In this document: one piece after another, positions 50,001-56,099 of the stretch
Position numbering within the stretch: the first letter of the stretch is position 1
Layout: every line of letters begins with the position of its first letter
Assembly: GCF_000786105.1 (NCBI RefSeq)
Contig: NZ_JTEV01000006.1
Location: 16,410 to 80,409 of the forward strand
DNA length: 64,000 nt
Reading direction: 5' to 3'
Source: Bdellovibrio sp. ArHS
Lineage (GTDB): Bacteria > Bdellovibrionota > Bdellovibrionia > Bdellovibrionales > Bdellovibrionaceae
Notes under the pieces: model-generated
What the model was told of the DNA's origin: nothing
The model's input: the letters and a program-made list of their open reading frames with translations, nothing else
Database searches by the model: none
Program-made: the position numbers and the translations under genes

Positions 50001-50187
50001 CTCTGGTATTGGCTCAGAGACCCGCATTCCCATGGGCCTTTCCATTATCGGTGGAACGATTGTCTCGACACTTTTAACTTTGTTCGTCGTGCCGGCGCTG
50101 TACTTAATGCTTTCTCCTTTGGAAAGCAAAAGAACCCACAAGTTGGATGACGACTTCACACCGCCGACGACGGTGCCCGCAAAATGA
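47083..50187 (+). CDS. RND efflux permease (AcrB/CzcA-like)
   Basis: SIRRPV, VVDDAI (TM4), KKNSILLVEF (TM10), RLRPILMT; two-fold internal repeat; 1034 aa from ATG 47083. Confidence 0.96.
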   Translation: MNLIDLSIRRPVFAWVLMFALIVFGAICMNRMGISQLPDVDFPVISVSVDYEGAAPEIVEAELIDPIEERLLAIEGIKEMRSSARQGSGSVTLEFDINRNVDVVLQEVQTALSRMRWPPGVDPATVRKQNPEEDPIIILSIYGESDLREMINWTENYLLDQIRFLPGVGEVSIQGFSQRNLRIWVDPKKLEALYLTLADVIEAISSQHIESAAGQFTEKERELRVRWLGEATNVNEVGNIQILRRGGQRIHDRNIYIRDVARVEDGLSDIRRVARVDGRQAISISVKKQRGTNEVTVAQEVRKKLESIKGSFPEGFNFRVNVDFTLPTDATVHLTIEKLWVAALITILVCFFFLGSIQAAVNILFSIPTSIVGTFIILYFSGFTLNLFTLLALTLSISIVVDDAIMLLENIVRHYRMGKGSARAASDGSKEVLPAAIAATLAVIAVFLPVIFMDGIIGKFFFQFGVTMSAAVSLSLLEAVTITPMRAAALLSTEPKVSKLEHFLDVLFEKFSHAYQRVLKGTLRFKYVIVGGSLVFFVVSLILVSKVRQEFVPAQDQNFIIINGQMPPGTALEKTSAEATKVEAIIKQDANVEGFVISVGGGGGSSNVNQFFLPVALKPRAERAEGHLQIMNRWRQEFKKLKNMRISMRDISARNLSTGRQNPLAINLRGPDLSVLFAKSNELMARLESEKLAVDLDTDFRMGIPELVLLPQRGAMAARGVSVEDVGKILSAGVGGQREGRYTADGRRYDIRFKFLEEQIQKPEDFKRLYVRNNFGNLIPLSQLVDIKEEKAIQGISRVNRQRAISVFGNLSPGQSQAQVLDRASAIAKEILPAGYSFALEGASAGFADSFKSLYSAMMVGILVAYLILAVQFNSFIHPISVLVALPFSVTGALVALWMFDISLNLFSFIGLIVLMGIAKKNSILLVEFTNQVRHRGEKDISKALLEACPVRLRPILMTSVATVAAALPLVIGSGIGSETRIPMGLSIIGGTIVSTLLTLFVVPALYLMLSPLESKRTHKLDDDFTPPTTVPAK

Positions 50188-50567
50188 TGCGACAGACGAA
50201 GCGAACATTGTATTTTGTTCTGGGCTGGCTCTTTTTAGCGCTGGCGATGATGGGGGTGTTTCTGCCGCTCTTGCCAACCACGCCGTTTCTTTTGCTGACG
50301 GCGTTTTGTTTTTCCCGCAGTTCCGAGCGTTGGCATCGTTGGCTGATCAATCAACCGCACTTGGGTCCTCTGATTTTAGATTGGCAGTTTCATGGGGTGA
50401 TACGCCCTCGCGCCAAAATTCTGGCTACTTCTTTAATGGTGCCGCTGGTCAGCCTATCGCTCTTCTTTGGAGCAGTCCCCCTTTACGCCAAATGGTGTGC
50501 AGGACTGATTTGCGCCGCGGTTTTGGTTTTTATCTGGACCCGTCCTTCGAAAAAATCCACGAACTAA
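50184..50567 (+). CDS. ybaN: YbaN/DUF454 inner-membrane protein
   Basis: GVFLPLLPTTPFLLL...FSRSSERWHRWL...GP signature; ATGA overlap with the RND gene. Confidence 0.9.
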   Translation: MMRQTKRTLYFVLGWLFLALAMMGVFLPLLPTTPFLLLTAFCFSRSSERWHRWLINQPHLGPLILDWQFHGVIRPRAKILATSLMVPLVSLSLFFGAVPLYAKWCAGLICAAVLVFIWTRPSKKSTN

Positions 50568-50643
50568 ATTTGTCACCCAGGCCTAAGTTCAACATTTCAA
50601 TTTGAGAACACCGACTTCAAGTCCAACTCAGCCCTTTCCCACA

Positions 50644-50659
50644 AAGCACGCGCCTTGCT
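50644..50659 (+). promoter_or_regulatory. sigma54-like promoter
   Basis: AAGCAC-gcgcc-TTGCT, with the first G of the -24 doublet missing; ATTTCA-att-TGAGAA palindrome at 50594-50608 upstream. Confidence 0.4.
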
Positions 50660-50686
50660 TTAGAAAACGATATGCAAAGGAGCCTC

Positions 50687-51169
50687 ATGCTAGGCAATGC
50701 CGCATTATTTCTCATTTTGGGACTGATCTGGGTCGGAAAACTTCTGAGTTCTCCGACGGATATCGCGCGCGCGCCGCAAAGCCTTCAGCCAACGGCAAGA
50801 GCCCTTTATTCTTTGGTCAGTGGCACCGACGATTGCCCGACTCGCATTGAGTGGGTGGCGGAATGCCAGGGCTTCACGCTGAATGCAGTGTCTACCACAT
50901 CTTCTCGGACTCAACACTTTTGCCACGCTAATAAAGGTCCGCAGACCGAGCTTGAAAAAGTCGAACGCGGGCAAAAACGCATTCTTTCGGAAGTCACAAA
51001 ATCAGAAAATATGATTCATAAAAATCAGACGATCATCTTCATGAATAACAACAACTCTGTCAGTCTTTCCCAGGAAGACACGGTGATCGTTGATGAAACG
51101 GGAAAATTTCTTTGGGAACATAGCCAGAACGGACGGGGCTTCAGTTGCCTGTTTGCCCGCGAAAACTAA
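50687..51169 (+). CDS. hypothetical membrane-anchored/secreted protein
   Basis: ATG 50687 follows AAGGAG; hydrophobic N-terminus; four Cys. Confidence 0.7.
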   Translation: MLGNAALFLILGLIWVGKLLSSPTDIARAPQSLQPTARALYSLVSGTDDCPTRIEWVAECQGFTLNAVSTTSSRTQHFCHANKGPQTELEKVERGQKRILSEVTKSENMIHKNQTIIFMNNNNSVSLSQEDTVIVDETGKFLWEHSQNGRGFSCLFAREN

Positions 51170-51172
51170 TCT

Positions 51173-51562
51173 CTACTTATTCAAAATAGTCTTGTAAGCT
51201 GTTTCAATGAACTCGATGGATTCTCGGTCACAACGCCGAAGTGCTGTTTGATAGGCTTCCGTGACCAACTTGATGGAAGCTCCCGCAGGCACCCCCAGAA
51301 CTTCGTACGCATCCCAGCTGTGGCCATTGTAATTAAACATCACATTTAAAGACTTTACTTTTTTATGTTCTACGTCAGGGTGACGACGCGAGGGTTCGAG
51401 AGTCTGAGGCGGCTCCTCAGAAGTGATTAAAGATGGCGCGCTGTCCTTCGCTGCCATATTGAGCTGCGTTGGACGGCGCGATCCCCCGCGCGAGAGCAAG
51501 TACCAGAAGACAAAAGCTCCTGCTCCCACTAAATTCAATGTCAAAAAGTCTTGGCTATTCAT
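51173..51562 (-). CDS. membrane-anchored protein with C-terminal J-like domain lacking HPD
   Basis: N-terminal TM; WDAYEVLGVPAGAS...VTEAYQTAL matches DnaJ helices I-II; the loop reads RRCDR. Confidence 0.75.
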   Translation of the reverse strand: MNSQDFLTLNLVGAGAFVFWYLLSRGGSRRPTQLNMAAKDSAPSLITSEEPPQTLEPSRRHPDVEHKKVKSLNVMFNYNGHSWDAYEVLGVPAGASIKLVTEAYQTALRRCDRESIEFIETAYKTILNK

Positions 51563-51612
51563 CCACTTTCTATTATTCGTTGGGAGCTTAAATTTATCAA
51601 GGAGTCACCTTC

Positions 51613-52407
51613 ATGGCTGCACCAAATCCATTCGAGAAACAGACCCCCATTCCCGGAGTGAAACATATTATTGCCGTTTCTTCAGGCAAAGGCGGCGTCG
51701 GCAAAAGCACCGTCGCGACCAATATCGCTATGGCTTTAGGCAAAAAGAGCCGTGTGGGTCTGCTGGACGCGGATATTTACGGTCCAAGTATTCCTCGCAT
51801 GTTAGGAACTTTGGGACAAAAGCCGCAAATCAATCCCGAAACGAACCAACTTGAGCCGATCACTCGGTACGGAATTAAGTTGATGAGCATCGGTTTCCTA
51901 GTCGATGAAAATGCGGCTGTCGTATGGCGCGGCCCGATGCTTTTTAAAGCCATGGATCAGTTTCTTCGCGATGTAAACTGGGGCGAGCTGGACTATCTGG
52001 TTGTCGATCTTCCCCCTGGCACCGGCGACATTCAACTGACATTGGCCCAAAAGGTTCCAGTCAGTGGCGCGGTTGTGGTTTCCACTCCGCAGAACGTGGC
52101 CTTGCTTGATGTAAAAAAAGCCGTCGACATGTTCGAGCGTGTGGGTGTGCCTTTGTTAGGCATGGTTGAAAACATGGCTTATATGATCAATCCTGCGAAC
52201 GGTGAAAAAATCCAATTGTTCCCTAAGGGAGAAATGGACACTTATGCTCACGCCAAAGGAATGAAGAAATTGGGAGCTGTGCCTTTCAATCCTTCCGTGG
52301 GGCTGGCTTGCGAAGCCGGCATTCCTATTGTTGAAGCCAACAGCAACGGCGCTGAGGCGCAAGAGTTCATGGCCATTGCCAACAATATTCGCGAAATTCT
52401 TCCTTAA
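51613..52407 (+). CDS. mrp: Mrp/NBP35/ApbC-family P-loop ATPase lacking the CxxC motif
   Basis: SSGKGGVGKST, LDADIYGPS, WRGPM, VDLPPGTGD, STPQ, ENM; no N-terminal domain. Confidence 0.95.
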   Translation: MAAPNPFEKQTPIPGVKHIIAVSSGKGGVGKSTVATNIAMALGKKSRVGLLDADIYGPSIPRMLGTLGQKPQINPETNQLEPITRYGIKLMSIGFLVDENAAVVWRGPMLFKAMDQFLRDVNWGELDYLVVDLPPGTGDIQLTLAQKVPVSGAVVVSTPQNVALLDVKKAVDMFERVGVPLLGMVENMAYMINPANGEKIQLFPKGEMDTYAHAKGMKKLGAVPFNPSVGLACEAGIPIVEANSNGAEAQEFMAIANNIREILP

Positions 52408-52418
52408 AAAAATTCATC

Positions 52419-52453
52419 GGTGAAGAGGTCTTCTTCCTCTTCACCTTCTTTTT
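52419..52453 (+). terminator. intrinsic terminator after mrp
   Basis: GGTGAAGAGG/CCTCTTCACC stem followed by TTCTTTTT. Confidence 0.85.
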
Positions 52454-52548
52454 CTGGCCAAAATCGTTTCATCCTAAAACAAAAAGTCTTGCTGTTTCTC
52501 AGACAGAAACGGGATTCCGACGTATTTTGAGAATCGAAAGTGCCCCCC

Positions 52549-52578
52549 TTGAAAATAAAACTTTGGTCGAGCTATCCT
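52549..52578 (+). promoter_or_regulatory. sigma70-like promoter of the riboswitch RNA
   Basis: TTGAAA-18 bp-TATCCT, predicting a start near 52585. Confidence 0.5.
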
Positions 52579-52657
52579 AAAAGAGTTGAAACCGCAGGGC
52601 TCGGAAGACTTACCTTCGAGTAAGTGAATGCTTTAGGGCCAGCTAAGGAGGACACAG

Positions 52658-52702
52658 ATGAAGAATCGTATTCACGATCATCATGATGAACCACCGAAGT
52701 GA
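52658..52702 (+). CDS. candidate 14-aa peptide MKNRIHDHHDEPPK
   Basis: Perfect SD TAAGGAGG (52644-52651) 6 nt before ATG. Confidence 0.45.
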   Translation: MKNRIHDHHDEPPK

Positions 52703-52833
52703 CGAGGCGTCACCAGGATTATTACGCAGAGGTTCCGGGTTCAGGCCTCTTAAAAAAATGATGAACTGGTTGGATCTATCGAATAACTCATAAGGAGGTT
52801 CCTAGGGTTATACTCGTTAGGATTTAGATCCTT

Positions 52834-52919
52834 CCTTTGCCTCAAGGCAAACCGTCGGAAACGGCGGGACGCAAAGCTAGAGGGGTGTCGGTTCGTCCAC
52901 GCCAGCCAGCTGCCAAAGG
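52834..52919 (+). promoter_or_regulatory. cyclic di-GMP-I (GEMM) riboswitch aptamer
   Basis: GGCAAA-CCGTCG-GAAA-CGGCGG-GACGCAAAGC...CAGCCAGCTGCC core; P1 CCTTTG/CAAAGG; GNRA-capped P2. Confidence 0.93.
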
Positions 52920-52949
52920 TGAGTCACCTGAGGAATCAGAGGTGTGCAT

Positions 52950-52994
52950 ATGGAAGGTATCAATACATACAAGGATTGGTTTCATTCCCCTTAG
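52950..52994 (+). CDS. candidate riboswitch-controlled 14-aa peptide MEGINTYKDWFHSP
   Basis: SD GAGGT (52939-52943) 6 nt before ATG; 30 nt after aptamer P1; stop codon runs into the terminator. Confidence 0.55.
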   Translation: MEGINTYKDWFHSP

Positions 52995-53034
52995 CCTGTG
53001 AGTTATCAATGACGATTCCTCGCAGGCACTTTTG
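52994..53034 (+). terminator. intrinsic terminator of the riboswitch RNA
   Basis: GCCTGTGAG/CTCGCAGGC stem followed by ACTTTTGTTTTT. Confidence 0.75.
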
Positions 53035-53057
53035 TTTTTGGGGATCTCGTTTTCTAA

Positions 53058-54176
53058 TTATTTACAGATAGAATAGCCGAATGCACCCGCCAGTTTATAG
53101 CGATTGGTATCTTCTTTAAAATTCTGTCGTGAGCGAAGAAAGCCCACACCCTCTTTCAAGTGAGAAACAAAGTCTTTGGCCTCGTAAGCCATGCCCGTCA
53201 AATAAACCAAGGACGCCGTCTTAGCGCCGAAACTGGCTTTTTGTGAACAACCTAAAAAGGCCGCCATGATATTGTGCCTGTTCCAATCATTCACGCTGTA
53301 GCCATACAGAGTGATTTTGATCTGATTCTTGTCGACCAACGAGCGAAAGACCATGTAGTTGTATTTGGCGGTTTGTAAATCTGAAAACTCAGCAAAGATC
53401 TGCTCTTTGGATTTTGGCGAATTCAAATCCTGCACCAAAAGGCGATCCTCAATCCCCTGTAACCAGCCCGTTAAACCCGAAGGGCCACTGCTGCCCATGA
53501 CGGTTAAGGCCGATAGAAGCAAAGCCGGATTGTCCTGCTGGAACTCTTCTAGGAACGCTTCTTCCAGCTTCAATTCGCCACCGATAACGGTTCGAGAAAG
53601 TTTTGCTAAAAGAGCATAAGAATAATCTAAAGACGTTGGCGTCAATGGCTTCTGAAGCTTTTCAAATTGTTTCAAAACCAGACGGTCCCCGGCAAAGCAG
53701 GCGTTGGAATCCACGTTCGACAATTCCCCTTTTAGGCGAACGCGATAACAAGAAGGCTCTAGGCTTTTCCACCAAAGGCGATTGAGAGGATTTCTGACGT
53801 TTTCAGTATTTTCAGAGAAAAAGAAAGGTTGGCGAATGGACTGAATCTGCGCAGTCCCACGGCATTTTTGTTCCACGCTGAGAGAGTTTTTAATGCCGCC
53901 AATAAGTTCATAAATAATTTTTCGCTGCTGCGAAAGAATCTCAGGACTTTCCAAGGAAGTTCGCGACAGGTATCCCGTCAATGGGACCGCTTTAGCATGG
54001 AAGTCAAAAGCGGAACAATTTTTCAACAAAGAAACTCGTTGTGCCAGAATCAGATTCAACCGATCTATCAAGGCACTGTTTTGAAGCTGTTGAGTCTCTT
54101 CAAAAGAAACAGCCCGCCCGGCAAAAGCCAGGCAGGATGAAAAAAGAATGAAGAAAGTGAGTAGAGCACTTTTCAT
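53058..54176 (-). CDS. hypothetical secreted protein
   Basis: Signal peptide MKSALLTFFILFSSCLAFA; 372 aa; several Cys; no family recognised. Confidence 0.75.
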   Translation of the reverse strand: MKSALLTFFILFSSCLAFAGRAVSFEETQQLQNSALIDRLNLILAQRVSLLKNCSAFDFHAKAVPLTGYLSRTSLESPEILSQQRKIIYELIGGIKNSLSVEQKCRGTAQIQSIRQPFFFSENTENVRNPLNRLWWKSLEPSCYRVRLKGELSNVDSNACFAGDRLVLKQFEKLQKPLTPTSLDYSYALLAKLSRTVIGGELKLEEAFLEEFQQDNPALLLSALTVMGSSGPSGLTGWLQGIEDRLLVQDLNSPKSKEQIFAEFSDLQTAKYNYMVFRSLVDKNQIKITLYGYSVNDWNRHNIMAAFLGCSQKASFGAKTASLVYLTGMAYEAKDFVSHLKEGVGFLRSRQNFKEDTNRYKLAGAFGYSICK

Positions 54177-54185
54177 TTTAAGAAA

Positions 54186-54707
54186 TTACCTTTCAGACTG
54201 TTCCGCAGCTGCGGCGGCTACCGCCGCTCCACCGACAACAAGGGCTCCGGCTGCCGCCGCACCAGTGGCAACGTCCTTAGCCTTTTCTCGCTTTTGAATT
54301 TCGTCCTGGCGTTTCGCACTAGCCTGAAGATCACTGCGCGTGTTGGCCGTACGAATTTGCGCTTGAGCGGAAGATGAAAGTCTCATCAGGATGGTTTCGT
54401 CACCGATCTTAATAGGCAAAACATCACCGATCATGTGGGGATTGAGTTCCAAGGAACCCGCCGTGTTTTGCACAACACCTTTAATATCCTGGGATTCGAT
54501 TTCCAGGATCATTTGTTTGCCACAGACGTTGTTCTTCGCGATGTCCAGGCGAAGAACCAACAAGGTCTCTTCTGTCTTTTCAATGGAAACAGTGGCTCCA
54601 CAGCTCACTTTTTCCACCGCCAGGACCATGCTGGCCGCGTGGGCAGAAAGGGATGTTAAACTTGTCGTCACAGATAACAGGGCACCGGCAATAGCTTTGA
54701 GTTTCAT
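54186..54707 (-). CDS. hypothetical secreted protein with C-terminal Gly/Ala-rich hydrophobic segment
   Basis: RBS AAGGAGAG, signal peptide, VATGAAAAGALVVGGAAVAAAA tail. Confidence 0.75.
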   Translation of the reverse strand: MKLKAIAGALLSVTTSLTSLSAHAASMVLAVEKVSCGATVSIEKTEETLLVLRLDIAKNNVCGKQMILEIESQDIKGVVQNTAGSLELNPHMIGDVLPIKIGDETILMRLSSSAQAQIRTANTRSDLQASAKRQDEIQKREKAKDVATGAAAAGALVVGGAAVAAAAAEQSER

Positions 54708-54743
54708 AGTTCTCTCCTTTTATTTATATGCACTCAAAAGCAT

Positions 54744-54759
54744 TGCGAGAGCTGTGCCA
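54744..54759 (-). promoter_or_regulatory. sigma54 -24/-12 promoter
   Basis: Minus strand TGGCAC-agctc-TCGCA, 36 bp upstream of ATG 54707. Confidence 0.65.
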
Positions 54760-54882
54760 CGGTCCAGAGAGCATAGCGAACATCCTGCTTGATCTTATGA
54801 AAATGTCTGCCAATCCCAGCTGTAGAACAGTTTTACACGGATCGCGAAAAAGCGACCGGAATTGTCATAGTGACTAACCCCG

Positions 54883-54898
54883 TGGCATTTTTTTCGCT
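54883..54898 (+). promoter_or_regulatory. sigma54 -24/-12 promoter
   Basis: TGGCAT-ttttt-TCGCT, 53 bp upstream of ATG 54952. Confidence 0.55.
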
Positions 54899-54951
54899 CG
54901 AAATTCAATAGATTCAGTCTCAGAAGGTCGCATATTTGCACGGCTTCTTTT

Positions 54952-56049
54952 ATGATGAAAAAGACCTTCTTTACCCTACCCCTACTGCTATTACTTGTCC
55001 TGGCGCCGCCCGTCCAGGCACAAAACTTTCGGGCCTATTTTGAAGAAAGAAACAGGATCAATGCAACAGACAATCAAAGTGTCATTCGCACGGCCCACGA
55101 AAAGTTTCATCACGCCCCTTATGTGATTGTTGATAAAAAAAAGCAGGTCGCGACCTATTTTTCCGCCCAAGGTGAAGTGCTTACTTCTTCTGTCATCAAA
55201 GTTAAATCCGGCGATGAACTCGATCAGGGGGGCGCGGGAATTTACGTTTATGAAGGACAGCGCTCTGGCACCCACTATTTGAAAGCGCAAAAAGATGCCC
55301 AGGTTCGCAGCGTGTTTCAGGGCTCGTTGCAAATCCCCTCGGGTGTCTTTGTCTATGTTCTGCCGGCTTCAGATGACCACAAATTCCGCATTCGCAATCA
55401 CATTCTGACCTTTAATGCCGCACAGGTCCTGCGCAACCGGGAGGCTTTCAACTACTCTCCCTTCAATCCGCAAAGTTTGCAGATCACTTATAGCGTCGAC
55501 GAAGCCGATGAGTTCAAACGCACTTATGTGAGGACCCTGGAAAAGGAAAAAGAATCGCTCATGCAACTCCTTAAATTAGAGGACGATGAATACAATATGC
55601 TGGCAGAGTTTGCGTATGGTGTTCTTTCTCCAGAGACAAACTATGGCCAAAGCCTTAAGTATCAGCTGAAGCAGTCCATTCCCGTGCTTGTCTCGATCGC
55701 CAAAGGCAACGGTTTTGATACCGACGAAAACAGCCGAGGCCCTACGCAGATCAAAGACATTCCCGACTCGGTCGAAGAAAAATATAAACTGACGAAAGGT
55801 ACTTTAAAATACCCCAGGAACGCGGCCATCGCGACTTTGGCTTTTGCTGCGGAATTGCTTAAAGAACTTCGCAATCGGGCGCCTCAACATGACGACATTC
55901 GGGAAGAGACTTTGCAAGATTACTTGTATTATCTTTATCAGGGACGGCATCAGTCGATCATTCAGGGGACGGCGACACCAGATAGAAATATTGCCATTCG
56001 AAAAATCAAAGAGGCGATCACGCATTTGAACTTCGAATATCGCAAATAA
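54952..56049 (+). CDS. secreted protein with divergent lysozyme/SLT-like C-terminal domain
   Basis: Signal peptide; LSPETNY, SRGPTQI, PRNAAIATL and YLYYLYQG occur in the order of the SLT motifs. Confidence 0.6.
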   Translation: MMKKTFFTLPLLLLLVLAPPVQAQNFRAYFEERNRINATDNQSVIRTAHEKFHHAPYVIVDKKKQVATYFSAQGEVLTSSVIKVKSGDELDQGGAGIYVYEGQRSGTHYLKAQKDAQVRSVFQGSLQIPSGVFVYVLPASDDHKFRIRNHILTFNAAQVLRNREAFNYSPFNPQSLQITYSVDEADEFKRTYVRTLEKEKESLMQLLKLEDDEYNMLAEFAYGVLSPETNYGQSLKYQLKQSIPVLVSIAKGNGFDTDENSRGPTQIKDIPDSVEEKYKLTKGTLKYPRNAAIATLAFAAELLKELRNRAPQHDDIREETLQDYLYYLYQGRHQSIIQGTATPDRNIAIRKIKEAITHLNFEYRK

Positions 56050-56076
56050 AAAAGGCGATCTTGCGATCGCCTTTTT
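56048..56076. terminator. bidirectional terminator
   Basis: AAAAAGGCGATC/GATCGCCTTTTT stem between convergent genes. Confidence 0.88.
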
Positions 56077-56099
56077 CATTCAAATGAATTTTAAAATCT

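Larger units (their letters stand above)
52585..53033 (+). ncRNA. stand-alone ~450-nt riboswitch-containing RNA (merRNA-like)
   Basis: 650-bp gap with no long ORF, bounded by a promoter and a terminator about 450 nt apart, containing a c-di-GMP-I aptamer. The size matches my recollection of the ~445-nt B. bacteriovorus merRNA (not checked). Confidence 0.7.
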
